From Paramoeba atlantica (lineage: Eukaryota; Protista; Discosea), in the NCBI GenBank assembly GCA_977017575.1, contig CDRNVI010000238.1, positions 1-23,747 of the forward strand: a DNA stretch of 23,747 nucleotides. Direction: 5' to 3'. Within the stretch, counting starts at the first letter, position 1; the number at the start of each line of letters is the position of its first letter. Under the pieces are notes generated by a model. That model saw only the letters and a list, made by a program, of their open reading frames with translations, searched no databases and was not told the DNA's origin. This document shows positions 1 to 8,454 of the stretch, piece by piece. Position numbers and translations under genes: made by a program.

Positions 1-60
1 GTTGAGTAACCTTGTTGTTACGATCCTCTGAGATTAAGCCCTTTTAGTTCGAGCGATTTG
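1..60 (+). rRNA. 3' end of cytoplasmic LSU (28S/25S) rRNA gene, running in from the left edge
   Basis: GAGTAACCTTGTTGTTACGATCCTCTGAGATTAAGCC closely matches the conserved eukaryotic LSU 3' terminus (yeast-type GAGTAGCCTTGTTGTTACGATCTGCTGAGATTAAGCC, recalled). It is followed by a T-rich tract and retains 3 CpGs in 60 bp. Confidence 0.85.
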
Positions 61-132
61 GTTTTTTAATTAAAAAATAATACTATTTTTTATTATTTTT
101 TTTCTTTTTTACTCATTTTTAACTTGAGGTAA

Positions 133-481
133 CAGATATATTTACTTCCCTCCCTCATCCCTCTCTTCTTCCCCTCTCATTTTTTTCGTTCAATAAATTT
201 TACTTGAGGGTTGACTATATCCGACTATCTTTATTTGTTGTTTTTCTATATTTGTATTTTCTCTTCCTTTTTCCTTTTTTGGTCTTTTTTTTCCCTTGTT
301 CTTCTCTTCCTCTCGTCTCATGGCAACCTGTCCACCTTCCAAGCAGACACACTGGGTTCAATTTCTAGGTAGTCCAATATTTTTCAAGTGTTACTCATAA
401 TTTCTCTCTCTTTCTCCTCTAATTCTGGAATTCACTTTGATGTCCTTTTGATCACCACTCTTTCTCCATTTCATTCTCTCC
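133..481 (+). repeat. ~350-bp dispersed direct repeat R, copy 1 (contains the tRNA-Gly relic)
   Basis: Aligns by eye along its length with 3257-3696, from CAGATATATTTACT to CATTTCATTCTCTCC. A partial copy lies at 1692-1792. Confidence 0.92.
315..376 (+). pseudogene. 5'-eroded, CpG-decayed tRNA-Gly(TCC) relic, copy 1
   Basis: TCCAC-CTTCCAA-GCAGA restores to a paired anticodon arm TCCGC/GCGGA if CpA is read back to CpG, with anticodon TCC at 338-340. CTGGGTTCAATTTCTAG is a decayed T-arm (CCGGGTTCGATTCCCGG). The 5' acceptor strand is lost. Confidence 0.7.
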
Positions 482-489
482 TTCTCTAG

Positions 490-1350
490 GGTGGAATCTG
501 GATGGGAAACCTTATGCTGTGGATCTTCTCTGTGTTTGAATTTCCTTTTTTGGGAAAGGTTTTTTCCTTGAAAGCTCCTTGAATTATCTTCCTCTTTGTG
601 GGCCTAGAGATGAATCTAGAGTTTTTTCTAGTGCACTAAATGTTAATTCAACCATCTTATGTTGATGATTAACTCCAGGTTAATCAATTCTGCTCTTGAA
701 ATAAGAAGGATGCTCAAGAGTGTCTCTAAAATGACTCCTGATAATTTAAGAGACAACCATAAAGAGAAATCTTTACCCTTTATTTTGTAAGAAGTTTATT
801 AGTTATTCTTCTCAGTGTAATTCCAAAGTTGATTTGTTGGATATTTCAAAACTGTTTTATTTCATCAGAAAGGAATGGAAATCAATGAATAAAACAAATA
901 TTTTAGATCCTTAAAGAATTCATATTGTCTTGTCAGACTGGTCTTTATTTTCTTTCAATAAATAAAGGATTGATTTTTTTTTATTAAATGAAAGACATCT
1001 TTTTCTGCATCCCTTTATACTCCTTTTCAAAATATTATTAAAGGTCTTCACTAAAAAGATAAATTCTTCCTTTCAAAAAGAATATTCAACCAAAAAAGGA
1101 ATAATGAGCAATAAACTCTGATAAAGATGTGTGCTATGTAAAGATTTGGTGAGTTGAGAAAACCTCCTTCTAAATTCTAGATGGAGGTTTTTCCTCTTTA
1201 TGATCATTAAGAATAAGCAAATGTGACAAAAGATCTACCCTCTTTTATTATTCTTTACAATGATAAAAAGAGTAAAATGTAAGATGAAGAAGGTGTTTTA
1301 ACTAAGATTTAAATCATCTTTGTGCCTATGAGGGGATTTCTTATGGGAGT
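490..1350 (+). pseudogene. Decayed foreign coding-like segment, possibly an RNA-virus RdRp fragment
   Basis: Non-homopolymeric sequence with pieced frames including LPLCGPRDESRVFS (~590-630), IVLSDWSLF (924-950) and IIFVPMRGFLMG (~1312-1347). The last resembles RdRp motif B. There are many stops and frameshifts and no intact GDD. Confidence 0.3.
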
Positions 1351-1362
1351 ATATTTATATTT

Positions 1363-1691
1363 CAGGCGGGCCGAAGCCAGAAATGGTATGGCGGGGCGGG
1401 TACTGCCCAAGCACACCTTTTTAGATGGGGTAATGGAGTCTAAAAAGGGTTATCTACTCGGAGATAGTGAGTTTTTTAGTGGGTGAAACTCCCACACTAC
1501 CCTCTTGCAATTTTAAAGCTGGTTTTCTACTCTCAGAGGGAAAATTGGTGGCAAAGGGTGCCCACCTGGCCAATCGAGATTGCTTAGTGGGTTAGTACTA
1601 AGCCTATTGGATCTGAATAATAGATAATTGAAAAATTCCAGTAAGGTTTTTCTCACAAAAGTGGATAACAGTCACCAAAAAAAAAAAAAAA
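1363..1691 (+). mobile_element. Hairpin-rich, CpG-retaining ~330-bp cassette ending in GTCACC plus a poly(A) tail (putative SINE-like retro-insertion)
   Basis: Consecutive inverted repeats, e.g. CCTTTTTAGA/TCTAAAAAGG, GTGGG/CCCAC, CCCTCT/AGAGGG, GCTTAGT/ACTAAGC. The 3' end GTAAGGTTTTT...CAGTCACC(A)n is related to the inserts at 1899 and 3464. No clear TSD, and the 5' boundary is approximate. Confidence 0.5.
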
Positions 1692-1792
1692 TTTTTCTCC
1701 CTTTTTCCTTTTTTGGTCTTTTTCACCTCTTTTTGCTTCTCTGCCAACCTGTCCACCTTCAAAGCAGACACACTGGGTTCAATTCCTAGGTA
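1692..1792 (+). repeat. Partial copy 2 of repeat R with tRNA-Gly relic (1743-1791)
   Basis: TTTTTCTCCCTTTTTCC...CAACCTGTCCACCTTCAAAGCAGACACACTGGGTTCAATTCCTAGG matches both full copies. Confidence 0.88.
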
Positions 1793-1898
1793 TAGAGTGG
1801 ATAAACACCCCAAAACACATTTGTAGCATCCGCTACCAAAAAAATTAGAAGGCTTTTTGTCCTTTTTGACCATTCTTTTTGGGGTTGAAGGTTTCTCT

Positions 1899-1955
1899 AA
1901 GATTCTGGTAAGGTTTTTTCCTTCTTTGTGAACTGATAAAGTCCCAGCAGTCACC

Positions 1956-1984
<29 letters not shown>
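1899..1984 (+). mobile_element. Very short poly(A)-tailed retro-insertion with 14-bp TSD
   Basis: TTGAAGGTTTCTCT at 1885-1898 is repeated exactly at 1985-1998. The body is ~57 nt ending GTCACC, followed by 29 A. Confidence 0.9.
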
Positions 1985-1988
<4 letters not shown>

Positions 1989-2139
1989 AGGTTTCTCTTG
2001 TCCAAAAGAACAGGGTGGAGTTGCTGAAATCATTCATCTAAGTGGTGAATGGGCTTGGATTCCCTCCATTGCTGAAATTTTGTTTTAAGGTTTTGTCTTT
2101 TGTTTTTTGTATTTTTTTTTTTCACTAATTGAAACCATT

Positions 2140-3256
2140 ATGGCATTGAGAGAGGAAGTTTCTTCAAAGGTAGTGCAAACTGAGATTGGGATCTGTGAGT
2201 CTTGTCATTCTTGTAAAAACAAAAGAACTCACCATGCAGGCCCCTTCATCAGGGTCCCAAAGATTCAAGAAGCAAGATGGAGGAGAAATTTAGAGATGGT
2301 GATAAATCAAAAAATCACTGGTGAAGGGCTCAAGTCCTGGATTGAATGAGCAGAAAGAAGACAGCTTTTGATTGTGAAAGAGCACTTTGTCCTTGATGAT
2401 ATGGGCTGTTTTTCTTTGTTTAACCCTATTTTCCATGAAAAAACAGGGCAGCCTGCTTGTGGGAGTGGTGGATTGTCTCTTGGTTTGCGGAGTGGCCATG
2501 TACGGATGAACAGTGCTGGTGAAAGGGGATACTACATGCGCTGCCCACCTGATGTGATTGCCTTGGATGATCTTGATCTTCAACTTGATAAAGTCTGCTC
2601 TCTGATTGGTCTCCCTGAAGGGACAACTTTTTGAGACCTTCTTTCACTTGCTCAAGGAACCTCTGATTTGGAGACTGAAGAGACAGGGGGGAAGGAGGAG
2701 GAACAGGGATTAACAACTCTTGAAGAGAGAGGTTATCTTTTTACCCAACAAGTTTGTCACCTTGTTTGTTCTCTTTCTTCTCTGGATATGGCCCAAAGAA
2801 AGATCCCCCTTGCTTTGCATGAATTTTTTAAACTGTATCCTGGAACTGCACCACCAATTCCCTCTTGATCTGCAGTTCAACATATGTGCCAAGAAGGTGC
2901 AATCTGTTTGAAATTAGAGGTTTTAAACCGGGCAAATAAGTTGGATTGTCCTTCTCTTTCTCATGATGGGAGTACATCACAAGGAAAGGATTCTCTCTAT
3001 TGGTCTTCAGGGTTCCTCAGATTGAGTTAATCTTGGTGCTCAAGAAACTGTGGGAAAAGATGGGCCTACAATTGCTGAAGAAATTTTGTCTCATCTGAGC
3101 AATCTGCAAGAATTGGGGAAGGAATTCCCTGAAACATCTCCTTTGGTGGACTTGTTGGATATCTCCTTGTTTGGCTCAGTCATGGGTGACCATACTCCAT
3201 CGAATGGAACAGCAGTGAATGAGTTGAAAAAATTAACAAAAGAAGGAGATCTGCAG
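2140..3256 (+). pseudogene. THAP-like N-terminus fused to an RNase H-fold DDE transposase, 3'-truncated relic
   Basis: One frame from ATG 2140 to ~2990, broken by three TGA stops (2347, 2632, 2866), then one frameshift. THAP-like pattern: CESCHSC..FIRVP..RW..IVKEHF..DD, with the third Cys not intact. Candidate catalytic Asp motifs are LSHDGST (2956-2976) and VMGDHTPSN (~3179-3205). Cut off by repeat R copy 3. Confidence 0.65.
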
Positions 3257-3696
3257 CAGATATATTTACTCCCCTCCCTCCCTCCCTCCCTCTCTTCTTC
3301 CGCTCTCATTTTTTCGTTCAATAAATTTTACTTGAGGGTTGAGTATATCCGACAATCTTTATTTGTTGTTTTTCTATATTTGTATTTTTCTCCCTTTTTC
3401 CTTTTTTGGTTTTTTTCACCTCTTTTTGCTTCTCTCCCCTCCTTCTCTTGTGGCAACCTGTCCCTCTAAGATCTGGTAAGGTTTTTTCCTTCTTTGTGAA
3501 CTGATAAAGTTTGAGTCACCAAAAAAAAAAAAAAAAAACCTGTCCATCTTCCAAGCAGACACACTGGGTTCAATTCCTGGGTGGTCCAATTTTTTTCAAG
3601 TGTTATCCATGAATTTCTCTCTCTCTTTCTCCCCAAATTCTGGAATTCACTTTGATGCCCTCTTGATCATCACTTTTTCTCCATTTCATTCTCTCC
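3257..3696 (+). repeat. Repeat R copy 3, with the tRNA-Gly relic (3448-3588) split by a retro-insertion
   Basis: Colinear with 133-481 except for the 3464-3536 insert. The relic ends GGGTTCAATTCCTGGGTGGTCCA followed by a T7 run. Confidence 0.92.
3464..3536 (+). mobile_element. Second copy of the short poly(A) retro-insertion, with 9-bp TSD
   Basis: AACCTGTCC at 3455-3463 and 3537-3545. Body CTCTAAGATCTGGTAAGGTTTTTTCCTTCTTTGTGAACTGATAAAG..GTCACC(A)n. The empty site is visible in R copies 1 and 2. Confidence 0.92.
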
Positions 3697-3705
3697 AAGC
3701 TGCAT

Positions 3706-4217
3706 TGGATGGGTCACTGATTTCCCCTGTATTCATTTCAGATGATATTGTTAAGTGGTTTCAAGAAAAGCTCCATTGACTCATGAGGATAGGGGTGCAT
3801 GATGGAGTCATGCTTTTGAACTGATGCAGAGTGATCCTGTGTTTGTTTGCATAGCCACTCACAAACCTCTTTTTCTTGTCCAAGGGGAACTCTTGAAATT
3901 TCAGTGCACTGAACTGATTCAAAGCCCTCTCCCACAAGCTTTTGGTGCCCAGTTTCATCAGCTTCAAAAGAGAAAACAATCATTTTCCCCTTCCTGGTCC
4001 CAAGATTGAGGTTGCCTTTGAGGGAGAAGCTCCTTGATCTTGCAGGTGTTCTCAATGATTGCATTTGCTGTTCCACACAAGAAGATATTATCCATGTCAA
4101 GAAGCATTAGAAAGGTGGCAATGTCCAGACCAGGAAAGAGAGGTTCCAGTATGATCTGGTTCCTTTAACCATCTTTCTCTTTTCTCTGTCTGTTGGTATC
4201 CTGTAAGATGCTGGTAA
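3706..4217 (-). pseudogene. Decayed coding fragment of unknown identity
   Basis: Overlapping open stretches (LEPLFPGLDIATFLMLLDMDNIFLCG..., ORFs 3738-4100 and 3761-3979) with non-repetitive composition. No family motif recognised. Confidence 0.3.
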
Positions 4218-4865
4218 TGCAGTCATCACCCAAAAAAAGTGATTTCCCTTCCTTTTCCTTCCTTTTCTCTTTTTGATTTTTCCTTTCTGATTTTTCTTTT
4301 TTCCTGTTTTTTGTTGATTTGATTTTGTCTTTGTTTCTTTTTCAACTAAAACACTGTTTTTGATTCCTTTTTGTCTCTATCACATCCCTGTGTTTCTTTA
4401 CTTCTCACATTTTCTCTTTTGTTCAAATGTTTTCTCTTGTTTGTTTTCATGAAAAAAAACTACACATTTTGCATCTGATTTTTGGATTAATTTTGGTTTT
4501 GTTGTTTTTCTGAAGCTCTTGTCAATCCTAACATTTTCCTCCTTTTTCTCTTTTCTTTTTCTTTCTTTTTTCTCTATTCTAATAGTTGAAAAGCTTTTTC
4601 TGATACTTGAGAGTTGCTGAGTAGTTGAACTCTAGGGGTGCACTGGCAAGTCTGGTCAGGAGGTGGTGAAAAGGCAGATTCTCTGTTTCTACAATCTTCC
4701 ACTCAGTGTCAACTTTGGTTTGAAACTTAATATAAGGAAATCACACTCTCAGAAACTTTGAAAAAGAGAGAGGAGTTTTGGTTTGAAAGGAATTTCATGC
4801 TTTGTATACTGAGACCTTTTACAGTAGCCCCTACCTCCAATGAGACTTATGAATACAATGGGTTG

Positions 4866-4928
4866 GCACCTGTAGTTTAGTTGTAAATTTGACTCTGTCC
4901 AACCCCAGGGGGGCAAGTTCAAATCCCA
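4866..4928 (+). pseudogene. Highly degenerate tRNA-like relic, isotype unresolved
   Basis: GCACCTGTAGTTTAGTTGTAAA is A-box-like and AAGTTCAAATCCC is a decayed B-box, at tRNA-like spacing and followed by a T run. The stems pair poorly. Confidence 0.35.
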
Positions 4929-4949
4929 GTTTTTTGATATTTTAGAAAA

Positions 4950-5520
4950 TTTTTCTGGTGCTGTAGAGTGATTTGATTGGAGTGAGGAGCTTTTGAAGAA
5001 GTGTGAAAATTGGAACAGGTTACATCTCAGCCCTGTCTGCTAAAAAGTTGAGGATAAATTCCCTTGGAAGGAGCTTTGGATTATTCTCCCTTCTGATGTG
5101 CATCCTCCAGCCTGAACTTGCAGAAGTTCTAAAGTTCAGCACAAAGACCAACTGAACTAAGCTGAAGTTTAAAACTTCACCTCTTGTTAGAGGTTAAAAA
5201 CAAACATAATTTAATGTAATTCAAATGGCTTAGATTAAGAACTACTAATTGAATAAAGTCTGCCTCAAAAAGAAAAAAAAAAAACTTATGAATACAATCA
5301 AATATCTTTTTATACAAAGTACACATCATCTCTTTAAAACATTGTTGTCTGCACTCTTCATAGTCTTGCACAGGGGTTCTGTGCACAGGAGCTCTGTGCT
5401 CTTTGCAACAAAACAACAAAGTTGATTTTGGTGCTTCAAATCTAGCATGCTTGTCCAAGTTGCACTTTCACTGAACCAACATGTGTCAATTCCTCTTCCT
5501 GGAAATTTCATATTTGCAGA
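4950..5520 (+). pseudogene. Possible 3' part of a non-LTR retrotransposon ORF2
   Basis: Pieced frames DKFPWKELWIILPSDVHPP and ELCALCNK..H.CP loosely resemble the Trp-rich and CCHC C-terminus of L1-like ORF2. Several stops. Confidence 0.28.
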
Positions 5521-5542
5521 ACACCTTTCCTTTCTCCTTTCA

Positions 5543-5607
5543 CAATTCCTTTTCTTGAATTGTTTTCTCAATTCCTTTTCTTGAATTGTTTTCCCAATTC
5601 CTTTTTC
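5543..5607. repeat. 26-bp tandem repeat, ~2.5 copies
   Basis: Unit CAATTCCTTTTCTTGAATTGTTTTCT. Confidence 0.9.
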
Positions 5608-6482
5608 CTAAACAAAGACATCTTTCAAACCAAAAGTGTTAGAATCCTTGTGTAATCTGATTCCATATTGTGCAAATTAATCTGTTTCATATTTGTACAC
5701 TGATTGAATCCTCTCCTCTTAAATTAGAAATGAAAATGAAAACCTTGTAATTTGTTATGATCTTGAGAGATTGTTATTGTGCTTCCCAATTGTGCAAATG
5801 TCCCCAATGAACATTTGTGAAACTGTACACACTGTTCTAATTCTGCATGTGTTCCAGTCTCTCTCATCTGAACTCTTCCCTCCCAGTTCTCACTCTGATT
5901 TCAAGTTGTTCCCTTAATATTATCTTGTTCATTTATTTCCCCATATCACATTATCTTCATGTCAATTAATTCTATGTTCTGTAACATTTATCTGTGATGT
6001 AATCTCTCCACTGTGTTCTTCTCTTGTGTGTTTTTGTCTTCTATTCTATTTTATTTCTTGTCAAATTCCATACTTGTTTGTATTTATTGTCCCATGTGAA
6101 TGTTCCTCTTATTTGTTGGTCAAAGGAATAAACTCACTTGGTTAGTTTCCATTGTGATGCACTGCCAATCTTTTCCCATGATTTGCTCTTGACTTTTCTC
6201 TTTTCTTTCTTTTTCTTTCTTTTTTTTCTTTCTTTTTCTTTCTTTTTCTTTCCTTCACCTGCCCACTCCTTTCTCAGTTTTGTGTTTTTGATGTTCAAAC
6301 TCAAAGAAATCTTTTTTTTCAAATCAACTCTTTGGGGTTCACCTTTCCTTTGAATCAAAAATTGTTCTTGATTCTTTGGGAAAGAATATCAAAAAAAAAA
6401 AAAAGAAAAGGAACAAAGAAAACAGCTGCACACAAGAAACAACAGAACAGACCAGAAAAAAAAAAGGAATTGAAAAAAAAAT

Positions 6483-6554
6483 CTCCCTTGCCGGGAATCG
6501 AACCCGGGGTGGCCGGGTGAAAGCCGACCGTGTTACCGACTACACCACAAGGGA
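6483..6554 (-). tRNA. tRNA-Glu(TTC), intact
   Basis: Cloverleaf TCCCTTG/CAAGGGA, D-arm GTGT/ACAC, GTCGG-CTTTCAC-CCGGC, CCGGG-TTCGATT-CCCGG. CpGs retained, with A-run on + (T-run terminator) downstream. Confidence 0.97.
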
Positions 6555-6687
6555 ATTAGTTGAAAAAAAACAAAAAAGAACTGTTGTGTTGTGGTGGGTT
6601 GTTTTTATCCTTCTCTCTCTGCAGAGAACAACAGAATATCCTTTGATTTTTGAGCTTTTGAGAAAAAATTGAGAGATTACTTTTTTC

Positions 6688-7341
6688 ATGATGTTGGTGG
6701 CATGCCAGAGTGAACAAGAAGAAGCAAGAATTTTGGGGAATGGAGTCAATCCAAAGACTGGAACCTGTGAAAATTCCACTTCAGTCACTTTCCCTGTTTT
6801 GTCCAATGATGATTTGCTCATCATCTCCACATCATCTCACATTACTTCCTCTTCTCTGAAAAATATCCATCTTCAAGCCACACCTTGGAACACTCTCCCT
6901 TGATTCTTTCATGTCAGAGAGATACAAAATGAAATGGAATACTTTTTTGCTGAAAAACAAACCTTGGAAGAGAGAAGAATCAGGCGGAAAATTATGAGGG
7001 GGTTGAAGCTGGAAATTGCAATTCCTGAACAACTGTTGGAAAGGAATCAAAAGATGGAGTTTTTGCTGTTTATCCCAGCTCTTGCAAAATTGTCCAAAGA
7101 AACAGGGGTAAAAAAGGCTGTGATGATGTGAATGAAAGAAACCAAACAACAAATCTTTGAGAACCAAAATTCTTTCTTGTGGTGGTACATTGGAAATGAA
7201 AGAGGACCACCCTCACCCTCACCATCAACCTCCTCACCTTTAACCTTTAGGTCCTCCACTTGCAGTGGCTGGAACATTCAACATTGGAGAACATCCCCAA
7301 AAAGAGCAAAAAAAGATGATGACAGTGCAACTTACTTTTGA
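6688..7341 (+). pseudogene. Decayed coding-like segment, identity unknown
   Basis: ORF 6688-6903, then one frame 6934-7341 with a single internal TGA. No confident motif, and strand is not certain. Confidence 0.3.
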
Positions 7342-7494
7342 AATTGTTTTTGAAAAAATTTTGAAGAGTTTGGTGATCCCACACAAACAGATACATGGAG
7401 AAAAACAAAAGAACAAACAAAAAAATAAGACTAATTCTGCTCCACCCCCTGCTGTATGCAGGGTGTAGTTCCATAAAATTGAAGAAAAAAAAAG

Positions 7495-7547
7495 CTCCCT
7501 TGCCAGGAATCAAACCTGGGGTGGCCAGGTGACTATCCCACAAGGGA
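7495..7547 (-). pseudogene. tRNA-Glu duplicate with 19-nt internal deletion and CpG decay
   Basis: Aligns to 6483-6554 including flanks (CAAAAAAGAACT upstream). All 4 aligned CpGs have changed to CA or TG, and AAGCCGACCGTGTTACCGA is missing. Confidence 0.87.
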
Positions 7548-8454
7548 ATTTGTGAAAAAAAGACAAAAAAGAACTGGTATTTTTGTTGGGGAGAGGGGGC
7601 TGGGGGGGGGGAAACAATTTCAATTGTAATTGTAAATGTAAATAAGGAAATCCTTTACAGTTTGTAAAGAACTCTCTTTCTCTCTCTGAATGTGAGTTTG
7701 AACAAATGAACAAACAGAAACAAACAAGAAATGACATCCCCTTCTTCACAAAGATGTTGTACTCTTGACAAGCTGCTCTTTCTCTTCAGTTGAAAAGACC
7801 CTCTCCAAAGATCCTATTCTTTTGTTCTAAATACATCCAAGAGGTTTGTTTTTGTTAAGTTCTTTGTTTGTGCTGCAATGTTTTATTTTTTTTTATTTTG
7901 TTTTTTATTTTATTTGTGGGTTGAGAGTTTTTAAGTTGAAAGAAAGAGAGAAAAAAAAGAGGGGGGGGGGGGGGGGAAGAAGAACCTCTTTTTGTTCCAA
8001 AATGAGAAATTGATGGAGGGGGGTGAACTTTCATCTATTCTGATTCTTTCATTCTCTTGTTTTTATTTTGAGAAAGAAGAACTTAAAAAAGAATAAAAAG
8101 GAAAAAAAATCAACAAAAAAAACAAGCCTGATCAACAGTAAAGTGAATTGTTTCATAAGATGCCTCAAGTTGTGGAAGTTACTCTCAAAATTTAGAAATT
8201 TAATTTGAAAAAATAATCAAGAAATTTAAGAAGAAAATTAGAAGAAAATTGAGAAAGAAATGAAAATAAAGAAAATGGAGAAACTAAATAAAGAAAAAGT
8301 AATAGAAATGAAACTTCTGCTTTATCTTCCATTTTATGTTGTGTTTATCAACACCAATTCAAAAGATTTTCCAAAAATTTGATCACAAGAAAAAAAGAAT
8401 CAACAACAATAAAAAAAAAGATGAACCCAAGAAAAAAAAAATAAAAAAAAATAT

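Noticed and set aside
843-868. CTGATGA...GAAA hammerhead-like core on the minus strand
   Set aside because: Stem II and the flanking stems do not pair convincingly.
1458-1468. GDS in frame 37 codons after RGFLMG as RdRp motif C
   Set aside because: It is not GDD, it lies within the younger hairpin cassette with different CpG content, and the intervening residues do not resemble motif B. Treated as coincidence.
1822-1843. GTAGC-ATCC-GCTAC hairpin followed by A7 as another retro-insertion
   Set aside because: Short tail, no TSD and no second copy.
133-3696. R repeats as LTRs or as a CRISPR array
   Set aside because: No TG..CA ends, PBS/PPT or gag-pol between them, and a third partial copy lies in the middle. 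The unit and spacer sizes and the eukaryotic context do not fit CRISPR.
4636-4695. A-box-like TGGCAAGTCTGG as a tRNA relic
   Set aside because: No credible B-box or stems.
5367-5399. Overlapping GCACAG/CTGTGC hairpins
   Set aside because: Explained by a 16-bp tandem duplication of a short palindrome inside a decayed coding relic.
5610-6130. Possible minus-strand retroelement 3' relic
   Set aside because: All frames are stop-ridden and no motif is specific enough.
7085-7260. IVQRNRGKKGCDDVN read as a piggyBac YN..GGVD motif
   Set aside because: That frame has many stops while another frame is nearly open, and the spacing to other motifs does not fit.
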